64,000 bases of DNA from Candidatus Versatilivorator sp. (GTDB lineage Bacteria; Acidobacteriota; Terriglobia; Versatilivoradales; Versatilivoraceae): NCBI GenBank assembly GCA_965207735.1, contig OZ242296.1, positions 3,936,001-4,000,000 on the forward strand. The letters run 5' to 3'. This document shows positions 57,901-64,000 of the stretch, piece by piece (position 1 is the first letter of the stretch; each line of letters starts with the position of its first letter). The notes beneath the pieces were generated by a model, which did no database searches, was not told the origin of the DNA, and saw only the letters and a program-made list of their open reading frames with translations. The position numbers and the translations under genes were made by a program.

Positions 57901-60746
57901 TCGGTGCTCAAGGAAAAGCCGGGAATGTCCGTGGAGTCGACGGTCAGCGATTTGAGGTAGGCGCTGGCCGGCATGTTGTAGGCGTACAGCTTGTCGTCTT
58001 CGTCGTCCGCCACCCACATGGTCTCGCCGTCGGACCACAGGCCCCAGGCGTCGGCGTTCTCGGCGACCAGATCGACGGACCTGGGCTCGTCTTGGGAGCC
58101 GCCCAACGTATAGGCGCGCAACATGGGGCCCGACGGGTTCGTGATCCACAAGGTGATTCCGTCGGAGTGGGCCGCTCCGTTCGCCCGGCCACCATGGATA
58201 GTGAAATCCTTACTGTCGTCGTCGGCCCCGGTCGCCAGCACGTAGGCATGAGCTATAGTCTCGCTGGGAGTCATCACCCACATGGTCTCGCCGTCGGTCC
58301 AGATAGTGGCGGCGCCGAGGGTGTTGTCGGATGCCGTGATGTCCCGATCGGCCACGCGCGCCCCGGCCGCCAGGGTGTAGGCGTACAGCTTCTTGCCGTT
58401 CAAGTCCGCCACCCACAGGATCTCACCGTCGGACGCGAGGTCGTAGGGGTCGTCGTTGGCGGCATCCAGGGTGATGTCCCGACCGTCAACGCGCGCCCCG
58501 GTCGCCAGATTGTAGGCGAACAGCTTCTTGTCGCTCGAGTCCGCGACCCACATGATCTCGCCGTCGGACCACAGGCCGCGGGGGGAGGTGTTGCCGGCGC
58601 CGATCAGGGTGTTCAGGTCCTTCTCCAGATTCCAGCCTTTGGGCTCCGTGGAGCTCCGGCTGATGACGAGGGTGTAGGTCTTCGTGTTTCCTTGCGCGGC
58701 GGTGACGGTGATCGTCATCTCGTTGCGGCCGGGACTGAGGTTCCACTGATGGCCGGGGGCGGTGTCGGCGTCGGCGACGGAATACTCCACCGACGCCGCG
58801 GTGTCGGCCCTGGTCGCCGTGACCGTGGTTTGGGTCACCGCGTTGGCGACGCCCATCGAATACTCAAGGACGTCGGGCATGAAGCTACCGAGGTTCGTGG
58901 GGCCGACAGGAGTGGCGTCGACGGTGAGGGCGCTCAGGTCGGCGTTGGCCGACAGCGTGACCTCGCCCGTCGCGGTGGCTGACCAGAGCCCGTCGACGTC
59001 GGTAACCGCCCGCACCTGCACCTTGTAGGTCCCGGGTGTCAGGCCGGTGATCTGAGCCTCCAGCCCGCCGCTGGTCCAGGCATTGTCGAGCACGGTCCAG
59101 TTCGCGTCGTCCTCGCTGTTGGCGATATCGGGGATGTGACGCAAGTCGTAGGCGGTGATCGCGCTGCCGCCGTTATTGCTGGGCGCCCGCCACTCCACGT
59201 CCAGCGTTAGCGTTCCGGGGCTTGGCTGCTGCGCGCGGACGTTCCGCGGCGGGCCGGGGCCGCCCTTGTCGATCGTGAGGGTGTAGTCTCGGGTGGCGCC
59301 GCTCTGGGCGGTGACGGTGATCGTCACGGCATTGTCGCCTGACGAGAGGTTCACCTGGTGGCCGTCCGTGTTCGTGTCGGCGTCTGTCGGCGAGGTGACG
59401 GCAGCCGTAGCCTTGAGCTGGCGCGCAGTCGGTGTGATAGTGACCTGCTGCACGCCGCCGTGGACACGATGGCTGTACGTCTCCGCCGGCGTATCGGTGA
59501 CGGTGATCTTGGCGTCGCCTACCAGCAGGCCGCCCAGGTCGGTGTTGGTCGACTCCGGCATGTGGTAGGAGAACACCTTGTCCACATGGCCGTCGGAGAC
59601 CCACATGGTGACGCCGTCGGACCACAAGCCCCCGGCGCCCTCTACTTCCTCGACCTCGAACTGCTTGTCCGTGTCGAGCGCCTGGGTTGCCAGGTCGTAG
59701 GCGTAGACCTTGTCGTCGTCCGAGTCCACCACCCACATGGTGACGCCGTCGGACCAGATGCCCATGGGATGCTCGTTGCCGGCCGTGGCCATGGTGGAAA
59801 TGCTGATGTCCTTGGCCGGCAACCTGGCGTCGTCCGCGTTGCCTCGCTCCCAGTCCGCCAGCGTGTAGGCATACACCCTGGCGGCGTCCGCGTTCGTGTT
59901 CTTCAGGACCCACGCGGTCTCGCCGTCCGACCACAGGTCGGCGATCTTGTCGTTGCCGATGGGGAGATCCCTGTCGTTTGCCCGCGCCTTGGTCGTCAGA
60001 TTGTAGGCGTAGAAGCGCTGGTCCGGCCGGCGATACCGCACCCACAGGATCTCGCCATCGGACCAGATGTTGAAGGGATTCTTGCTACCTGACAAGTCCG
60101 AGCTGGTGAAGTCCTTGTCCGCGTCGCGCGCCTTGGTTGCCAGATTGTAGGCGTACAGGTCGCGATCGTTTGAGTCGGCCACCCACATCGTTTCGCCGTC
60201 GGACCAGATGTCGCGGACGAACTTGCTGGTGTCCACAAGGTTCTCGATGTCGTCCACGACCGTCCATCCGAAGTCCACGCGCCGGACGATCCTGAGGGTG
60301 TAGGTCTGCATGGCGGTCCCATCCGTGACGACGATCGAGAACGTGTTGACGCCCTCGTCCAGGTTGACCGTGTGGGCGCTGCCGCTGGTCACGGACGTGC
60401 CGTCGATGGTGAGCGTGGCGGTGGACGCGCTTGCGGTGGCGGTAACCGTCGCGGTGGCGTCCGCATTGCCGACACCAACGGCGTAGCTGACGGTGCCGGG
60501 GGTAAAACCGGGCACGGACGTCCCGTTAACGCTGAGATCGCTCAGCGTGGCGTCGGGGGTCTGGGCAAAGGCGGCCGGGGCCAGAAGGAGGGCCGCTGCC
60601 GATACGGCAATGGCTGCTGACAGCGTGAAGAGACTGGAGTGGACCTTGGCGCGTATGAGGAACCGGCCTCCTATTCGAGACCCGGGCGCTCCGGATGTCC
60701 TGATCAAGATCTTGCAATGGCGTCGGTGCATCGCCTTGAAGCGCAA
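48996..60746 (-). CDS. Giant secreted/surface protein (cadherin-like, WSDG-repeat propellers, FN3, spondin-like, PQQ sugar dehydrogenase-like and SwmB-like domains)
   Basis: 3916-aa ORF; signal peptide ending AFA-Q; WSDGETMWV repeats; LDYE cadherin motif; MIAPSPDWFVG spondin motif; YGHRNVQG/EHGP GSDH motifs; start uncertain. Confidence 0.92.
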   Translation of the reverse strand: MRFKAMHRRHCKILIRTSGAPGSRIGGRFLIRAKVHSSLFTLSAAIAVSAAALLLAPAAFAQTPDATLSDLSVNGTSVPGFTPGTVSYAVGVGNADATATVTATASASTATLTIDGTSVTSGSAHTVNLDEGVNTFSIVVTDGTAMQTYTLRIVRRVDFGWTVVDDIENLVDTSKFVRDIWSDGETMWVADSNDRDLYAYNLATKARDADKDFTSSDLSGSKNPFNIWSDGEILWVRYRRPDQRFYAYNLTTKARANDRDLPIGNDKIADLWSDGETAWVLKNTNADAARVYAYTLADWERGNADDARLPAKDISISTMATAGNEHPMGIWSDGVTMWVVDSDDDKVYAYDLATQALDTDKQFEVEEVEGAGGLWSDGVTMWVSDGHVDKVFSYHMPESTNTDLGGLLVGDAKITVTDTPAETYSHRVHGGVQQVTITPTARQLKATAAVTSPTDADTNTDGHQVNLSSGDNAVTITVTAQSGATRDYTLTIDKGGPGPPRNVRAQQPSPGTLTLDVEWRAPSNNGGSAITAYDLRHIPDIANSEDDANWTVLDNAWTSGGLEAQITGLTPGTYKVQVRAVTDVDGLWSATATGEVTLSANADLSALTVDATPVGPTNLGSFMPDVLEYSMGVANAVTQTTVTATRADTAASVEYSVADADTAPGHQWNLSPGRNEMTITVTAAQGNTKTYTLVISRSSTEPKGWNLEKDLNTLIGAGNTSPRGLWSDGEIMWVADSSDKKLFAYNLATGARVDGRDITLDAANDDPYDLASDGEILWVADLNGKKLYAYTLAAGARVADRDITASDNTLGAATIWTDGETMWVMTPSETIAHAYVLATGADDDSKDFTIHGGRANGAAHSDGITLWITNPSGPMLRAYTLGGSQDEPRSVDLVAENADAWGLWSDGETMWVADDEDDKLYAYNMPASAYLKSLTVDSTDIPGFSLSTETYAVDVAAGVAVVTVAADPVQGRAAVVITPADADGDDANGHQVNVAAGATTAISFAVTNGSASKTYTVNVTRPTSIGSNNQPAFPSSETGARAVAEDAGPGENIGAAVAAIDADGDTLTYTLGGTDAAAFDIVETSGQLQTKAALDYETRSSYAVTVTVRDSKDGSGEPDTLTDDRVDVTITVTNADEAGRVSVSALPTVGTAVTATLTDPDGAVSDVTWRWDKSTSVSGPWTAVTGATGNGATSSYTPVAADTGNYLRATASYTDPLDSGKNAAGISALIAGTDPSLTPSPDDPEVAIRSKAVYRVVFTSEWTTSVTPGGVPNTAHFTTLIGGIHNDAVTFLEAGGTATAGVAAMAERGTTTTLAAEVNAAGTDSLSVLQSAGGLGAEDTETIQMVTLTTDHPRVTLLTMIAPSPDWFVGVSGLSLLDVDGNWLASHEVKLYPWDSGTAEGEGFGLSTTKTIPQETITSLRGKGKFSNQRIATLTFTRQSVNTAPSFTSMASFQADENQTAAATVAAADPDSVDGVSYAITGGADSMKFDIGETTGVLTFKVPPNYESAADVASTDPLNEAGNNEYVVTVTATGGTADRALTAEHTITVSVRNLEEAGTVSFSQIGSAIRATLSDPDGGVNSRSWQWARSSDRSTGWTDIGSATSASYTPSSDDKEMYLRATASYNDAQGSGKQAQGVSSSEIAPPDLQVDTLVSGLSIPWDIAFAPDGTMLFTQRGGVLSRRLTDGTVQTVTADFSDLFASGETGLMGIVVDPSFASNRRFYTCQGHTGPEIQVIAWTIDTTYNAATRDADPLVGDMPITSGRHGGCRLRFGPQGYLWIATGDAASGTVPQNLSSLGGKVLRVDASTGAGAPTNPFAPSPVYTYGHRNVQGLALRPGTSQMWSVEHGPRVDDEINLLVAGRNYGWDPVPGYSERVSMTDLAKFPDALEAKWSSGSSTLATSGGIFLEGEHWGVWEGRLAVATLADSKLRLFEFTPEGAFVSQVIVPELNGAFGRLRTPMLGPDGALYVTTSNGGSADRILRIAEDTTAPTVSRVEISSNPGPDLTYAIGEEIEVTVTFDETVVVTGLPRLSLTVGVQTKPATYARGSNSDTLVFAYPVASGDLDTDGVSLAAGRIDRNGGTIKDGSSNDAELDHDAVAADSGHKVDAVNPQLVVTGGAVVDGTMLTLTYDEPLDGSSTPEPGDFTVDGGDHTRTITRVALRGATVELTLDVGAEHEEAGIRVSYTPGMNPIRDAVGNAAMTLSRVPVTNETPDTTPPTVSSLAITSNPGGDQIYAAGDEIEVTVRFNETVTVTGTPRLRLSVGGRNRMAGYESGTGTAALVFGYEVVDGDEDTDGVSVEADQLTLNGGSIKDEADNAAALAHETVATQAGHQVDGVRPAFASAAVDGASLTLTYGEALDEGSRPAPEDFTAEVDGSGRTVSGVLIGGTVVTLTLNPEVEHGDTGIRVSYTVGTNPIQDEVGNDAAGLSNRSVTNTTGAPNTDPEITSPSSFEVPENQTAARRLAGRDTDPGDEVTGWAITGGADQSRFEITSDTGELSFRDQSDFEGPGDNEYEVTVEVTSGTGSRELTVEKTFTITVTDEREPPGVPDAPTFSEETTDSLTVNWNEPDNTGPPITDYDVQYREKDRGGFRDGGHDGPGLSLPLSDLEPGTDYEVQVRARNDEGTSDWSESGEGMTVTPLTVVMTSGTEPPVSGSFTVRISFSEPVPGFSGSDIESDQDPECTDDLNNPVSCDPGIGALQTADDRVFTTTVTPHTGSVAHSYTLTLTVPAGRVNSSADSKPNEDPEEPLAVRVSPPGAPEPISTLSLAANGSNESVRLRWNRPSDNGGSAIIRYEYRYQAVGDAWSEWENVGAGSIGVTVGGLINGREYVIEARAVNALGKGGVETAMATPIAGGGGRGVGGGGGGGGGGGGGLLFAPEAPAVLTATPGDGAVRLAWSPPESDGGAEILRYEYRLKEGLGEVGEWTPIPDSAPGEVNASGYTLMGLLNGTVYALELRGVNQIGNGRETETVEAVMPLDPAYRSNFRAEDLEGGEAGLEWTPFGGSRRSLKVRFGGGLRFEERELDTAGEVTATRMGSYRYRYTSRTTGELSLDYDGGESCQLRMSFSGVGAGSYSYRCGGALQGQGSFRLSELNRVPEITSPGQFEVVENQRKVVRLEAVDSDEGDEVAGYGIAGGADGALFRVVEETGELSFTEAPDYERPADAVSAEPESPAGDNEYVVVVEARSGEGERERRRQRAIRVRVSDEEEPPGAVGTPEVRAEGTDSLTVSWSEPENRGPEITGYEVRYREEGEEGYRDGGHEGTGLMLTLTGLEEERLYRVEVRAVNEEGRGEWSQPGEGRTGMEEPDAEDPADFSEEDLEGRRATLRITGEEGTARRIELRFAEGNRFEQIERVEARAAIRSESADSRSESTTSRSGSYAYERTGAGRGTVRLDYDDGASCELRLSFTESGVGGYLYDCGEGEVAEGSFRLTTGSLFVPVILSSAGRNNSFFTSELTLTNRGMEEATLHYIYTSDAGGGSGTATDRLEAGRQKIETDALDYLRGLGVPIPATGNRIGTLRVEVAVKSEVEAVVRTTTLVPEGRAGLAYPGVAEGEGFEEAVYLCGLRQNSQDRSNVAFQNMGAPEEGTITLRTTVYSGEAGDTTLRVLKDVVLMPGEFHQFSGVLGGVENGYVKVERVEGEAPFYAYGVINDQGNSDGSFVFPVTAGSLEGKVAQTLPVIVETSEFTSELTVTNFSEEPRRLEFEFVGEQVKTDDKTAAFSMELEGSEQAIVPEVVEELRRQGVAGLGATRGFYAGPVFVRAGEGDLSGIVIGARTGSKGGGGQYSVFYNAVPRGEGFTEEAWVEGLQQNQENRSNLALVNTGEVDGSESVFHLEIYDGETGMLAETVVTRPIPARSWYQINGILGRASSETRQGYIRIEKVSGENPFLAYGVVNDGGAPGERSGDGAYLPARE

Positions 60747-61137
60747 GAACTCGTCCAGGACGTCGCCGTTGAATGGCTATACAGGCCAGAGCGATCCGCA
60801 ACTCAAATCGGTGAACGTGAATGCGCGCTTTGTATCTTTTGTCGTGCGCTAAGTGAACGAGGACTGTGCCCCCCTCTCGCGCATACGCACTTTACAAAAC
60901 CCATGTGAATCTAAGGTGACTAGATGAGTTTTTAGGTGAATAACATGCGAATTCTTTTCCATTACTGCTAGAATCGACTCGGTTGCGCCTTGGCGACACT
61001 CGCATCCGGCTCTTCCACAGAGCCGAGACCGGCCGACAACCAACTGGTCTTACTCAAATATTTTGTTTGTTGGAGCTGTTTGATAATCAAGAAGCAGGGC
61101 AGGGGCCCCGGTCACCTGGACTTGGTATGGGGGCCGG

Positions 61138-61410
61138 ATGGTGAGGCCTGAGGACTTCCTGGGTCTGCCCGTGCCCGAGCAGAAGCCCACCCGCCGCCCC
61201 GGGGCCCAGCGCAGGATGCTTCTCGGCCACCATTCCCAGAGCGAAAGGGACTGCGCCGCAGCGGGCGACGCGCTGTGGAGGGGGGAAGATCCCGAGGCCG
61301 TCATCTCACGCCTTGAGCAGCAGAGCCATGACAAGCCGAATCCCGGCTACTACGCCCGCCGGACGGTCCGGCGAAAGGCAGAAGAACTCAAAGGTTGGAA
61401 AGATGACTGA
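61138..61410 (+). pseudogene. Possible fragment of a RepB/primase C-terminal helical domain
   Basis: SQSERD...L.RG...KPNPGYYARRTV motif; no upstream catalytic domain. Confidence 0.4.
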
Positions 61411-61707
61411 GTGGATCTGGACGCACTCATGCTCACCGTCAAGGCCTGCAAACCATCGGAACCGACAATTATCGGGTTCTGCTCACGATAGTTCCGCCTC
61501 GGCCGAGCCGTGACGGAGACGAAGCCAGGAGCCTCTTGTGGCAGGGAGCCATGACGCCCTCTATCAGGCCTTGTTCAGCCGCAATGACCCCGTCGCCTAG
61601 CCCATGCCCGGCACCGCCTTGGGGCCGACGGCGAGACCCTTCATATCCCCGGATAAAGGTTGTTATCAAGGCTAACCCCTAATTCAGCAGCAGGATAGAG
61701 CAAGCTG

Positions 61708-64000
61708 CTACTCCCGGGCAGGCAAGTAGGCACCATCGCCACTACGTTCTCCCGGTGCCCCGCCGTCGTTGATCACCCCGTAGGCCAGAAACGGGTTCTC
61801 CCCCGACACCTTCTCGATCCGGATATACCCCTGACGGGTCTCGGCTGAGGCTCGCCCCAAAATCCCGTTGATCTGATGCCAGCCCCGTGCCGGGATCGCC
61901 TTCGTCACCACCGTCTCCACCAGCAGTCCCGTCTCCCCGTTGTAGATCTCCAGATGGAAGACACTCTCACTGTCGTCCACCTCCCCCGTGTTGACCAGCG
62001 CCAGGTTGCTGCGGTTCTCCTCGTTCTGCTGCAATCCATTTACCCAAGCCTCCCGGGAGAAGGCGTCGCCGAAGGGCACCGCGTCGTAGAAGACACTGTA
62101 TTGCCCACCGCCTCCCTTCGAGCCCGTCCTGGCCCCGATCACGATCCCGCTCAGGTCTCCCTCTTCGGCCATGACGAACACCGGCCCCAGGTAAAAGCCC
62201 CGGCTTGTGCCCAGCCCCGCCACTCCCTGGCGCCGCAACTCCTCCACCAGCTCGGGAACGATCTGCTGTTCGCCCCCTTCCAGCTCCATGCTGAACTCCA
62301 CCCTCTTGTCCTCCCCTTTGATCTGCTCCGATACAAACTCGAAATCCAGCCTCCTGGGCTGCTGGGAGAAGTTCGTCACCGTCAGCTCGCTGGTGAACTC
62401 GCTCGTCTCCACGATCACCGGCAAGGTCTGCGCCACCTTCCCCTCCAGCGAACTGGCCGTTACCGGAAAGATGAACGACCCGTCCGAGTTCACCTGGTCG
62501 TTGATCACCCCGTAGGCGTAGAAGGGCGCCTCTCCCTCCACACGCTCCACCCTCACGTAGCCGCTGGCATTGCCGCCCACTGCATTCAGCACTGCGTTGT
62601 GCTGGTGAAATCCTCCTGGCTCCAACCTTACCTCGTCCAGCTCCCGGGCAGTCCCATCCCCCGCCTCTCCTGAGTAGACCGTGGTCTTGAGGGTGATCGC
62701 TCCCTCCCCCGCAGTCCCCATGTTCTGAAAGGCTACGTTGGAGCGGTCCTGGCTGTTCTGCCTGAGCCCGCACAGGTAGACCGGCCCGTCAAACCCCTCC
62801 TCCTCGGCTATCCCCAGGTAGGCCAGCCCCGCCCGTCCGTCAGGCACTACCGTCGTGGTGCGCACCACCGCCCCCACCTCCGAACCCAGCTTGACCTCCA
62901 CCCGCAGTGTCCCCACCCGGTTCCCCGTCTCGGGAATCGGTACCCCCAAACCCCTCAGATAGGTGAGGGCGTCGGTCTCGACGATTTGTCTGCCGGCTGC
63001 CAGTCTGTCGGAAGCCGTCCCGCTCCCTCCTCCCGCATCGGCCCTGTAGAGGTAGTCCACCCTCGCTTCCTTCTCCCCACGGTTGGTCAGCGTCAGCTCC
63101 GAGGTGAAGAAGGACTGTTTCCGGCCTGCAGAGGAGAGGATCACCGGAACGAACAGCGACCCCGTCGTCAGCCGGAAGCTCCCCTCGGCCACCTCCCCTT
63201 CCCCACAGTCGTAGAGGTACCCGCCCACTTCCGACTCGGTGAAGCTCAAACGAAGCTCGCAGGAGGCCCCGTCATCGTAGTCGAGCCTCACCGTCCCCAT
63301 CCCGGGCCCTGTCCTCTCATAGGCGTAGCTGCCCAATCGCGAAGTGGTGCTCTCCGATCGGGAGTCGGCGCTCTCCGACCGAATCGCCGCCTGCGCTTCC
63401 ACCCTCTCGATCTGCTCGAATCGGTTGCCTTCTGCAAACCGCAGTTCAATGCGTCTGGCGGTCCCCTCTTCGCCCGTGATCCGTAACCTCAACCGTCTGC
63501 CCTCCAGGTCCTCCCCGGTGAAGTGAGAAGGATCGTCCGGGTCGGGCTCCTCTGCCTCCGTCCTGCCTTCCCCCGGCTGCGACCACTCACCCCTCCCCTC
63601 TTCGTTCATGGCCCTCACCTCCACCCGGTAGAGCGCCTCCTCCTCCAGGCCCGTCAGCGTCAACCTCAGTCCCGTCCCCTCGTGCCCTCCGTCCCGGTAG
63701 CCTTCCTCTCCCTCCTCCCGGTAGCGCACCTCATAGCCGGTGATCTCAGGCCCCCGGTTCTCAGGCTCGGACCAGCTCACCTTCAGGCTGTCCGTGCCCT
63801 CAGCGGTCACCTCCGGCGCCCCCACCGCCGCCGGCGGCTCCTCCTCGTCACTTACCCGCACCCGTATGGTCCTCTGCCCCTTCCGCTCCCTCTCCCCCTC
63901 CCCGCTCCTCGCCTCCACCACCACCACGTATTCGTTGTCTCCTGCAGGGCTTTCGGGCTCCGCGCTCACCGCATCGGCAGGCCTCTCATAGTCCGGCGCC
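61708..64000 (-). CDS. Paralogous giant surface protein, C-terminal part (starts beyond the right edge)
   Basis: Highly similar to the last ~760 aa of 48996-60746; same terminus GDGAYLPARE. Confidence 0.92.
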   Translation of the reverse strand, partial: APDYERPADAVSAEPESPAGDNEYVVVVEARSGEGERERKGQRTIRVRVSDEEEPPAAVGAPEVTAEGTDSLKVSWSEPENRGPEITGYEVRYREEGEEGYRDGGHEGTGLRLTLTGLEEEALYRVEVRAMNEEGRGEWSQPGEGRTEAEEPDPDDPSHFTGEDLEGRRLRLRITGEEGTARRIELRFAEGNRFEQIERVEAQAAIRSESADSRSESTTSRLGSYAYERTGPGMGTVRLDYDDGASCELRLSFTESEVGGYLYDCGEGEVAEGSFRLTTGSLFVPVILSSAGRKQSFFTSELTLTNRGEKEARVDYLYRADAGGGSGTASDRLAAGRQIVETDALTYLRGLGVPIPETGNRVGTLRVEVKLGSEVGAVVRTTTVVPDGRAGLAYLGIAEEEGFDGPVYLCGLRQNSQDRSNVAFQNMGTAGEGAITLKTTVYSGEAGDGTARELDEVRLEPGGFHQHNAVLNAVGGNASGYVRVERVEGEAPFYAYGVINDQVNSDGSFIFPVTASSLEGKVAQTLPVIVETSEFTSELTVTNFSQQPRRLDFEFVSEQIKGEDKRVEFSMELEGGEQQIVPELVEELRRQGVAGLGTSRGFYLGPVFVMAEEGDLSGIVIGARTGSKGGGGQYSVFYDAVPFGDAFSREAWVNGLQQNEENRSNLALVNTGEVDDSESVFHLEIYNGETGLLVETVVTKAIPARGWHQINGILGRASAETRQGYIRIEKVSGENPFLAYGVINDGGAPGERSGDGAYLPARE

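Overview
High-GC bacterial window, probably from a marine-sponge-associated Acidobacteria-like organism. That assignment is an inference from the DUF1549/1553+DUF1501 pair, the giant FN3/cadherin proteins and an LCCCW-core proteusin remnant. There are three blocks. (1) ~630-22390 is a defence island bracketed by two near-identical copies of a PQQ-repeat lipoprotein gene. It holds a translationally coupled four-gene operon (small helical protein, QatC-like QueC, XRE-HTH/IrrE peptidase, PIN nuclease) that matches no system I recognise. It also holds a doubly disrupted PIN-like/2TM gene and an EcoEI/EcoAI-type type I R-M locus. The hsdS gene is broken by tandem IS1182+IS1380 at one CTAG, and an ORF-less group II intron sits inside the IS1380 terminal repeat. 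Three toxin cassettes between hsdM and hsdS (a candidate chaperone-antitoxin-ART triad, vapBC' and mntA-hepT) are each followed by a decayed copy of the hsdM 3' end. (2) 22400-45810 holds ordinary metabolic genes plus REP-like repeats. (3) 46158-64000 holds a second IS copy, a truncated RiPP precursor and two paralogous giant surface proteins sharing a C-terminal module. No rRNA, tRNA or CRISPR array was seen. All family assignments come from motif reading by eye, not database searches.
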